Below, one piece after another: positions 7,415 to 14,491 of a DNA stretch of 34,106 bases. Each line of letters opens with the position of its first letter. The stretch's first letter is position 1. Source of the DNA: Candidatus Nanoarchaeia archaeon (lineage in GTDB: Archaea; Nanobdellota; Nanobdellia; Pacearchaeales; GW2011-AR1); NCBI GenBank assembly GCA_041484115.1, contig JBGPHA010000001.1:1-34106 (forward strand), read 5' to 3'. A program made the translations under genes and the position numbers. The notes beneath the pieces are model-generated. The model worked only from the letters and a program-made list of their open reading frames with translations. It made no database searches and was not told where the DNA came from.

Positions 7415-7585
7415 TTATCTCTTTTTTCCGTAATTTCTCATTAGCTTGCTTACTCCTACTACAAGGAAAGATAGTCCGATCAGCCAGCTAGCTGCTCCAG
7501 ATGTTAATGATCCCCAGACGTTGCCAAGAGCTAATACCCAAAGGACACCGACCAAAGTCATAAGCCAAGCAGTTAATTTTGCCAT
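7415..7585 (-). CDS. 56-aa two-TM small membrane protein
   Basis: Below the ORF-track cut-off. Sequence is MAKLTAWLMTLVGVLWVLALGNVWGSLTSGAASWLIGLSFLVVGVSKLMRNYGKKR*. A clear GGAGG (7597-7601 on the minus strand) lies 11 nt upstream of the ATG. Confidence 0.6.
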   Translation of the reverse strand: MAKLTAWLMTLVGVLWVLALGNVWGSLTSGAASWLIGLSFLVVGVSKLMRNYGKKR

Positions 7586-7796
7586 AATATATACAACCTC
7601 CTTTTGATTTATTAATTAAGATAAGAGGGATTATAAATATTTCTAATCGGCAGCATGGCCCTTACTTTTAGTGTGATGATTGTTATAAATAAAGGTGCAG
7701 AAAGTCGATAGATTTGACAGAATTTATTTTTTGTCTTCGGTAAAGACTAATGTTGATGCAAAATTTTTCATCAATTTTTTTGTTGGGGGCAAGATT

Positions 7797-7821
7797 GTTC
7801 ACTAAGGTCATCTTCGTGCAC
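7797..7821. repeat. degenerate third copy R3 (GTTCACTAAGGTCATCTTCGTGCAC)
   Basis: 14/20 match to the R2 core (ACT-AGGTCA-CTT-GTG). Ends in CGTGCACTAG, which restarts the R1 head. Confidence 0.5.
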
Positions 7822-7842
7822 TAGTATTTTAATATGTTTGTT

Positions 7843-7903
7843 GGATTGTTTGGCTGTTTGGTGCTGTTTGGTGCTGTTTGAACAGGCTGTTTGGTGCTGT
7901 TTA
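7843..7903 (+). repeat. head-to-tail array of six 8-11-nt units with core YTGTTTG (iteron-like, about 10-bp phasing)
   Basis: Units: GGATTGTTTG, GGCTGTTTG, GGTGCTGTTTG, GGTGCTGTTTG, (AACA), GGCTGTTTG, GGTGCTGTTTA. An inverted partial copy ACAGCACCAAA lies at 7982-7992. Confidence 0.85.
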
Positions 7904-8020
7904 TCGATGTTTTTGGGTGTTTTTTAAGCATATTTTGATGATATTCAAGGGGGGTTGAAGAGAAGAATTTTATTTTTTTGACAGCACCAAATATTGATTT
8001 TTTCGACGAAAAAACAAAAA

Positions 8021-8031
8021 ATATATAAATA
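8021..8031 (+). promoter_or_regulatory. TATA-box-like element for the 8051 gene
   Basis: AATATATAAAT lies about 24 nt upstream of the ATG at 8051, with no SD sequence. This is leaderless-type spacing. Confidence 0.4.
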
Positions 8032-8050
8032 ATGTTTGTTAAACTATTGT

Positions 8051-8662
8051 ATGTTTGATTGGTTATTCGGGAAAAAAGAGGTTGAAGGGTTAAAAGAGGA
8101 CACTAAAAAGGGTTTTGAATCTGTAAAAAGAGATATAAGTTCTGTTGGAACATGGATCCAACACCTGGATTCTGAAAAAAAATTGCATAGAAAGGAGATA
8201 GAAGACATAAAAGAGGTTTTATCGTCGGTACAAACGGAGGTTGAAGGGTTAAAAAATATCATGTCTATAATGAACGATCTAAGGCCTGGAAGAAAAAATC
8301 AAACAACCAAACACCTGTTTGATAAACAAACAGGTGTTTATGCTGTTCAAACAGGTGTTCAAACAGGTGTTCAAACACCTAATTTTGACAATTTTTCAGT
8401 AACTGAAAGAGCACTCTTATGGGTACTATTGAACTCCGACTTAAAACTAGGTTATGATGATCTGGCAGCTATGCTGGGAAAAGAGAGATCCACAATAAGA
8501 GGGCATCTCAATCGGATAAAGCAGAAAAGTGCGGGGATTGTAGAGGAAGTCATTGAGAAAAATGGGAAAAAGAGAGTTTTTGTACCTGAAGAGGTCAAAG
8601 AAAAGCTGCTGAAAAGGGTAAAAGTGAGAGTTAAAGAGTCTAAAAAAGACAAAAATAAGTGA
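8051..8662 (+). CDS. coiled-coil / repeat-linker / C-terminal winged-helix DNA-binding protein (paralogue 1)
   Basis: The track starts at a TTG (8036); the ATG at 8051 (MFDWLFGKK) is preferred. N-terminus LKEDTKKGFESVKRD plus heptad region. QTGV x3 linker. C-terminal wHTH (TERALLWVLLNS...LAAMLGKERSTIRGHLNRIKQK). Paralogous to 8781-9530. Confidence 0.75.
   Translation: MFDWLFGKKEVEGLKEDTKKGFESVKRDISSVGTWIQHLDSEKKLHRKEIEDIKEVLSSVQTEVEGLKNIMSIMNDLRPGRKNQTTKHLFDKQTGVYAVQTGVQTGVQTPNFDNFSVTERALLWVLLNSDLKLGYDDLAAMLGKERSTIRGHLNRIKQKSAGIVEEVIEKNGKKRVFVPEEVKEKLLKRVKVRVKESKKDKNK
8309..8380 (+). repeat. 13-bp perfect inverted repeat plus 12-nt tandem repeats (CAAACAGGTGTT) inside the CDS
   Basis: AAACACCTGTTTG (8309-8321), ATAAA, CAAACAGGTGTTT (8327-8339). 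CAAACAGGTGTT recurs at 8348-8359 and 8360-8371, then CAAACACCT at 8372-8380. The core CAAACAG is the reverse complement of the upstream iteron core CTGTTTG. Confidence 0.9.
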
Positions 8663-8780
8663 AAAGTGAGTGATTTATGAGAGAAAAACCACTAGAGAAA
8701 CTCGAAAAGTGAGAGTTTAAACAAAAAGTGTAAGGAGAAATAAGGGTTATTAGTGAATTGTTCGGTGAGCAAGAAAACTA

Positions 8781-9530
<750 letters not shown>

Positions 9531-9561
9531 TGTTTTTTGAGATAAGGGTGATATAAAAAGT

Positions 9562-9876
9562 TTAGTCTGTTTTAATATATGTTTTATCTGTTATTGATGT
9601 ATTGTCCTGGCTTCCTGCACCCTTGTATGCATTATATGCTGCATCACTCAATCTCCACCTAGATCTCTTCAGATAGGGTTTTCCTTCAGGGTTTTTCCTG
9701 ATTTCTATTATGAGGTCTTTTTCTTTTAAATCAAGAAGGAGGTTTTTAACAAATTCTTCATCTCTAGCAACTTCCTGGGCTATATGAGAAGTAAAAGCTG
9801 GTCTTAGGGATAGAGAATAAAGAAAGGCCAGAATCTGCTCAGAAATTTTATCCCTCTTTTTATCAGATATCTTCAT
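9562..9876 (-). CDS. small winged-helix (ArsR/MarR-like) DNA-binding protein
   Basis: 104 aa. ISEQILAFLYSLSLRPAFTSHIAQEVARDEEFVKNLLLDLKEKDLIIEI shows a helix-turn-helix plus wing pattern. Confidence 0.65.
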   Translation of the reverse strand: MKISDKKRDKISEQILAFLYSLSLRPAFTSHIAQEVARDEEFVKNLLLDLKEKDLIIEIRKNPEGKPYLKRSRWRLSDAAYNAYKGAGSQDNTSITDKTYIKTD

Positions 9877-9893
9877 AGAAAAAGTCTGATTCT

Positions 9894-10316
9894 CTATTTT
9901 AAATTATTTTCTTTTTCGATTTTTACGGTAGGGAGTGGGAGATGTAGTGGGAGATTCAACTGATCTTCTAGGGGCAAGGACATAAGGGCGGCCTTTCTCA
10001 TGATGACATTGAAAAGAAATGTCTTGAAGTCATCCGGCATTTGCTTCTTTTTCCAATCTTTCATCAGTTCTTTTGTCTGCTTTTCATCCATACCCAAGAG
10101 GACTGTTCCTTTCAGATCTATATCTGCAAACCCCGGCTCATATTTTATACCATAAGAAAACTTAGCCTGCACCAATTCATCCTTTGTCTTAAGGAGGTCT
10201 GATTCTATCTTTTTTATTTCTGAAATTTCTATATTTGCATTTATTTTAAGATCTTCTGCGCTATCCTTGAGCCTTTCAATACTTATCTTATCAAAGTTAA
10301 AACCAATGACTCTCAT
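9894..10316 (-). CDS. hypothetical protein (pattern weakly reminiscent of a SecB-like chaperone fold)
   Basis: 140 aa ORF with an ATG start. N-terminal VIGFNFDKISIERLKD and C-terminal FLFNVIMRKAALMSLPLEDQLNLPLHLPLPTV loosely parallel the SecB termini. Similarity is weak and judged from memory only. Confidence 0.6.
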   Translation of the reverse strand: MRVIGFNFDKISIERLKDSAEDLKINANIEISEIKKIESDLLKTKDELVQAKFSYGIKYEPGFADIDLKGTVLLGMDEKQTKELMKDWKKKQMPDDFKTFLFNVIMRKAALMSLPLEDQLNLPLHLPLPTVKIEKENNLK

Positions 10317-10389
10317 GAAACTTAAGAGAAAATGAGATTTTTAAATTTTTATATTCATAAAAAGTGTAGAAATCTTATCTAAAAATAGT

Positions 10390-10650
10390 TTAAACTAGAT
10401 CTTCTTCTGAAACTATGATGAAATCCCCTATAGCTATTATAGAGTTGTGTGGAATCAGCAGCTCATTTGAAGAAGTTCTTTCAAGGTTCAGGTTCCTGGT
10501 GTAAGGTGTGGAATCCTTTACTACAACGCTTATGAGCTCTCCGGACCTGGTTTCAAAGGTTATGTCCTTGACGAATCCAAGCCTTTTTCCTTCTTTAGTT
10601 ACTATCATCTTTCCAACAACAGAACTAAATGGATTTTTTTCTCCTTGCAT
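10390..10650 (-). CDS. PRC-barrel domain protein (small stand-alone type)
   Basis: 86 aa. GKMIVTKEGKRLGFVKDITFETRSGELISVVV...LIPHNSIIAIGDFIIV is a typical PRC-barrel pattern. A second paralogue lies at 28412-28699. Confidence 0.8.
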   Translation of the reverse strand: MQGEKNPFSSVVGKMIVTKEGKRLGFVKDITFETRSGELISVVVKDSTPYTRNLNLERTSSNELLIPHNSIIAIGDFIIVSEEDLV

Positions 10651-10746
10651 ATCAAAATGAGATAGGAATATTATATAAACTTTTCTGTAAATCTAAATAG
10701 ATTTTAGAGAATATGGAACAGACATGAAAATTCCTGTTTTCTCTCC

Positions 10747-10772
10747 CACACCCCCTCTTTTCCAGTAGAAAC
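10747..10772 (-). promoter_or_regulatory. ORB box 1 (with G-string)
   Basis: The minus strand reads GTTTCTACTGGAAAAGAGGGGGTGTG: dyad TCTA-CT-GGAAA plus a GGGGG run pointing away from the A+T block. Confidence 0.65.
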
Positions 10773-10780
10773 CTTTAAAA

Positions 10781-10920
10781 ATAAAATTCAGATTTTATTA
10801 TTATTATTATTTATTTAAAAAAATATATATTATATAGTATATACTTTAATAAAAAAATTAATAAATTAAACAATTTCTATTAATTTTGATTAATAACTAA
10901 GTATAAACATAGAAAATTTG
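10781..10920. other. A+T-rich duplex unwinding element candidate
   Basis: About 140 bp with very few G/C (...ttattattattatttatttaaaaaaatatatattatatagtatatactttaataaaaaaatta...). Confidence 0.65.
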
Positions 10921-10921
10921 A

Positions 10922-10945
10922 TTTCCACAAGAAATTAAGGTGTTC
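10922..10945 (+). promoter_or_regulatory. ORB box 2
   Basis: TTTCCACAAGAAATTAAGGTGTTC: TCCA-CA-AGAAA with a weak G-string (AGGTG). Orientation is opposite to ORB 1. Confidence 0.55.
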
Positions 10946-11017
10946 TTCTTGATTAGTGGTTATAATCCTTTATATAAAAAGGAAATTTTTGTCGATAGTG
11001 TTTTGTTTTTTCAGGTA

Positions 11018-11051
11018 TTTTCCATAAGAAACAAACGTGTGAGGGAATAGG
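11018..11051 (+). promoter_or_regulatory. ORB box 3 (degenerate), overlapping the orc1/cdc6 leader
   Basis: TTTTCCATAAGAAACAAACGTGTGAGGGAATAGG. Its GTGTGAGGGA tail resembles the GGGGGTGTGGGAG tail of ORB 1. Ends 8 nt before the orc1 ATG. Confidence 0.45.
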
Positions 11052-11058
11052 AGAGGAA

Positions 11059-12270
11059 ATGAAATCAGACTTAGACAAAATCTTTGAATCTTTTGATGAT
11101 AATAGAATCTTCAAGGACAAATCTATACTCCAATCCAACTACAGACCAGAGGAAATTCAACATAGAGAAGAGCAGATAAAACAAGTGGCATCTATTCTTG
11201 CTCCGGTTCTTCGGGGAGAAAGAACCAGTAACCTTTTTCTTTATGGAAATACTGGAACAGGAAAAACACTATCTATCTTGTATATGAGGGATGAGCTCCT
11301 CAAAAGGGCAAAAAAAGATGGAGATTTTAGTCTGAGGATAGAGTACCTTAATTGCAAGATGAAAAAAGTTTCAGATACAGAGTATAGGATTCTTGCAGAA
11401 TTGATAAAAAAACTAGGTGGAGAAGTCCCAAATACTGGCCTCCCAACAGAAACAGTTTACAGCAAGTTCATAGAAATGATAGACAAAGAAAAACAGTTCT
11501 TGGTTCTTATTCTGGATGAGATAGACCAGGCAGTAAAAAAAATTTCCAGCGATTTTCTTTATAATCTAACAAGGTTGAATTCTGAACTTTCTAAGGCACA
11601 GATATGCCTAGTAGGAATAAGCAACGACCTCACTTTTCTGGAAGGTCTGGATCCGAGAGTAAGAAGCAGTCTTTCAGAAGAAGAGATAGTTTTTCCTCCA
11701 TATAATGCAATTCAACTCCAGGAAATTTTGAATAGGAGATCGGAAGAAGCATTTAAGGAAAAAGTGGTTCAGGAAGGTGTGATTGCAAAATGCGCCGCCT
11801 TTGCAGCTAGAGAGCATGGAGATGCTAGAAGAGCCCTCGACTTGCTTAGGATAGCAGGAGAGATAGCAGAGAGGGATAACTCAAAAAAGATTATGATGAA
11901 ACACCTAGACGAAGCAAATACAAAACTTGAGAGAGATAAGATTCTTGATGTGATAAGAACAGAACCAAAACAATTCCAATATGTCCTTCATTCAATAATA
12001 TCTCTTTCTGAAAAAAGTGAGGGCCATCCTATATTCACCGGAGATGTTTATAATTTTTATCAAGAAGTCTGTTTGAAAAATAAAGGAGAAGTTCTGACAC
12101 AGAGAAGGGTATCTGACATCATACAGGAATTTGATATGTTGGGAATAATCAATGTGAGGGTTGTTTCAAAAGGAAGAGGCGGGCGAATGAGAGAGATAAA
12201 ACTCGCAATAGCTAAGCCGATAATCGAGAAAGCAAAGGAAATAGTGGAAGAGTCTCTGCATTATAAATAA
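11059..12270 (+). CDS. cdc6: Orc1/Cdc6 replication initiator
   Basis: AAA+ Walker A (LYGNTGTGKT), Walker B (LILDEID), sensor/ISM region, GDARRALDLLRIAGEIA and a C-terminal winged helix. 403 aa. Confidence 0.95.
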   Translation: MKSDLDKIFESFDDNRIFKDKSILQSNYRPEEIQHREEQIKQVASILAPVLRGERTSNLFLYGNTGTGKTLSILYMRDELLKRAKKDGDFSLRIEYLNCKMKKVSDTEYRILAELIKKLGGEVPNTGLPTETVYSKFIEMIDKEKQFLVLILDEIDQAVKKISSDFLYNLTRLNSELSKAQICLVGISNDLTFLEGLDPRVRSSLSEEEIVFPPYNAIQLQEILNRRSEEAFKEKVVQEGVIAKCAAFAAREHGDARRALDLLRIAGEIAERDNSKKIMMKHLDEANTKLERDKILDVIRTEPKQFQYVLHSIISLSEKSEGHPIFTGDVYNFYQEVCLKNKGEVLTQRRVSDIIQEFDMLGIINVRVVSKGRGGRMREIKLAIAKPIIEKAKEIVEESLHYK

Positions 12271-12281
12271 AAATAATAAAA

Positions 12282-13889
12282 ATGGACACTAAAGAGATCT
12301 TGAAATTTTGTTTAGAAAAAGGACTACTTTTAGATCCAGAAGTTCTAAAAATTTTCAGCGAAACTACTGATGGGGATTCTGTAAAACTGATAATAGAAAA
12401 AATAGGGAGCTATACAAGAAAGAGAATAATAACTCGAGATCTTTTTGAGAAAAATAAAGAACAGGTAAGTGGTTTTTTTCTTGGGCTTCCGAAAGAAAGC
12501 CAGGAAAAGCTCGAGAGGTTGAAAATAAAACTCGGCCTTCAGATAGAAATTTCCAAAGAGACTTCCACAATTACAGACCCTGAGGTAAAAACCTTTTCTA
12601 TAGAAGAGGACCCCGAAGAGCCACAAATTAAAGTTCTTTCAAAAACTCCTTCATACAGGAAAAAAATCGTAGTAGAAGATTTTGTGAAAAATCTCAGAAA
12701 TAGGTTCCAAGATTTAAGAGAAATCCTACAGGAACATAATGAACTTGAAGGTCTGGTCTCCATCAATAAACTCTCAAAAACGAGGCAAAAAATTTCAATT
12801 ATAGGGATAGTCTGTGACAAAAGGATGACAAAAAACAAAAACATTCTTTTGGATGTGGAGGATTTAACAGGAAAGATAAGAATTCTTATAAGCCAGAACA
12901 AACCAGATCTTTACAAAAAGGCAGAAGAGATATCCCTTGATAGTGTTATGGGATTTACAGGATTTGGGGACAGGGAAATATTTTTTGCAAATAACATAGT
13001 TTTTCCAGAAGCAATGATTCATGAAAGGAAAAAATCACCTGTCGAAGAGTCTGCAATATTCATAGGAGACCTGCACTATGGAAGCAAGCTTTTCATGGAA
13101 GAGGGTTTTCTTAAATTTGTTGACTATCTTAATGGAAAACATGGAAAAGAGAACGAGGTTGAAAAAATAAAATATCTATTTCTTGTTGGAGATATGGTTT
13201 CTGGTGTTGGAGTCTATCCTGGCCAGAAAAGAGATCTAAAGATAGAAGACTTGGAGGCACAGTTTCAGGGACTTGCAGAAATTCTTAGTAAAATAAGACG
13301 GGGAATTAAAATAATAATCTCCCCTGGAAATCATGATGGGGTAAGGTTGATGGAGCCACAACCTGTTCTAGATGAAAAATATGCGTGGCCTCTCTACAAT
13401 ATGAAAAATGTCACCCTTACAGGGAATCCTTGTTATGTGAATATTGGTGCCAGAAAAAACTTTTCAGGTTTTGATGTTCTTACTTATCATGGGTTTTCTT
13501 ATCCTTTTTATGCAAATACTGTTCCCAGCCTTGTTGAAAAGTCTCTTAACGAGCCTGATAAAATAATGGCTTATCTCTTAAAAAACAGACATCTGGCACC
13601 AACATATTCTTCTGTCCAGGCCTACCCTTCTGAAAAAGATGAACTCGTAATAAAAAAGGTTCCTGATATCTTTGTTTCAGGGCATACACACAAGTGCGCT
13701 GTTTCTTATTATAACAATATCTTGGTTGTTTCAGGTTCAGGATGGGAAGAAGAGACAGAATATCAGAAAAGAAAAGGAAACCAGCCGGATTTCTGCAAGG
13801 TTCCCATGTTCAACTTAAAAACTAGGGCAGTAAAGATCCTTGATTTTGATATTAAAGATGAGCATACAAAACTGCTTAATCAAAATTAA
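12282..13889 (+). CDS. dp1: DNA polymerase II (PolD) small subunit DP1
   Basis: OB-fold region plus calcineurin/Mre11-type phosphoesterase motifs: IFIGDLHYGS, LFLVGDMVSG, SPGNHDG, LTYHGFS, VSGHTHK. Confidence 0.93.
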   Translation: MDTKEILKFCLEKGLLLDPEVLKIFSETTDGDSVKLIIEKIGSYTRKRIITRDLFEKNKEQVSGFFLGLPKESQEKLERLKIKLGLQIEISKETSTITDPEVKTFSIEEDPEEPQIKVLSKTPSYRKKIVVEDFVKNLRNRFQDLREILQEHNELEGLVSINKLSKTRQKISIIGIVCDKRMTKNKNILLDVEDLTGKIRILISQNKPDLYKKAEEISLDSVMGFTGFGDREIFFANNIVFPEAMIHERKKSPVEESAIFIGDLHYGSKLFMEEGFLKFVDYLNGKHGKENEVEKIKYLFLVGDMVSGVGVYPGQKRDLKIEDLEAQFQGLAEILSKIRRGIKIIISPGNHDGVRLMEPQPVLDEKYAWPLYNMKNVTLTGNPCYVNIGARKNFSGFDVLTYHGFSYPFYANTVPSLVEKSLNEPDKIMAYLLKNRHLAPTYSSVQAYPSEKDELVIKKVPDIFVSGHTHKCAVSYYNNILVVSGSGWEEETEYQKRKGNQPDFCKVPMFNLKTRAVKILDFDIKDEHTKLLNQN

Positions 13890-13891
13890 AA

Positions 13892-14491
13892 ATGGAAACA
13901 ATACAAAAAGCATTCAGAAGAATTGCGATTGATATAGACGGGGTTTTGGCAGATTTTCAAAATCCATTTTTAAATTTTTATAATCAAAGGCATGGCACAA
14001 GATTTACTATTGAAGATATGCTTTCTTATGAATTTTGGGAAGTTCTTCAGATTGGTAAGGAAGAATTAGCAAAGGAGATGATAGATTTTTATGGATCTCC
14101 TAATTTCAGAAAAATACCTCTGATAGGTGGTGCTAAGGAAGCAATTGCAAAGCTTCGTAGAAGAAATCTTTTGTATTCTGTGACATCAAGACCTGATTTT
14201 ATTCGTGATGAAACTATAACATTACTCGGAGAGCATTTTCCAGGGGCATTTTTACAAGTCCATTTTACAAATCAGTATGGAGGAAATGGTTCTAAAGAAA
14301 AAAAATCTGATTTTTGTTTAAAGTATGGATATGAAATCATTATTGAAGATGTTGCAGGATATGCGAACGAATGTGCAGAAAAAGGAATCACCGCTTTTAT
14401 TTTAACACGTCCCTGGAATAAGGGAAAAATGCTACATCCTGAAGTAAACAGAGTTCAAAATTGGGAAGAAATTTTACAATATTTAGAATGA
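13892..14491 (+). CDS. HAD-superfamily 5'(3')-deoxyribonucleotidase (NT5C-like)
   Basis: HAD motif I IAIDIDGVLADF with NT5C-like overall size and layout. Stop overlaps the DP2 start (ATGA at 14488-14491). Confidence 0.75.
   Translation: METIQKAFRRIAIDIDGVLADFQNPFLNFYNQRHGTRFTIEDMLSYEFWEVLQIGKEELAKEMIDFYGSPNFRKIPLIGGAKEAIAKLRRRNLLYSVTSRPDFIRDETITLLGEHFPGAFLQVHFTNQYGGNGSKEKKSDFCLKYGYEIIIEDVAGYANECAEKGITAFILTRPWNKGKMLHPEVNRVQNWEEILQYLE

Larger units (their letters stand above)
10651..11058. other. chromosomal replication origin (oriC) region
   Basis: 408-bp intergenic region upstream of orc1/cdc6. Contains three ORB-like boxes, one facing left and two facing right, around a nearly pure A+T block. 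Flanking genes diverge from it. Confidence 0.75.

Noticed and set aside
7026-7903. Whether the short repeats could form a CRISPR array.
   Set aside because: The copies are imperfect and irregularly spaced (about 315 and 456 bp, or head-to-tail with no spacers). One lies inside a CDS. No cas genes are present.
10953-11138. A 61-aa minus-strand ORF spanning the origin/orc1 junction.
   Set aside because: It overlaps ORB 3, the orc1 leader and the orc1 start. It has no coding-like features.
12345-12901. Three minus-strand ORFs inside the PolD DP1 gene. Also alternative-frame or antisense ORFs inside DP2 (14971-15264, 15359-15556, 17082-17276, 17343-17531, 17805-18029).
   Set aside because: They overlap CDSs with unambiguous polymerase motifs and have no motifs of their own.
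14461-14487. N-terminal extensions in the ORF track that begin at TTG or GTG codons (also 3376-3450, 8036-8050, 18060-18065, 20546-20560, 29368-29382, 31244-31249, 31289-31342, and 24312-24383 as an upstream ATG extension).
   Set aside because: In each case a downstream ATG gives an N-terminus that matches the family better, avoids overlap with the preceding gene, or sits at TATA-box distance. The exact starts remain uncertain without experimental data.
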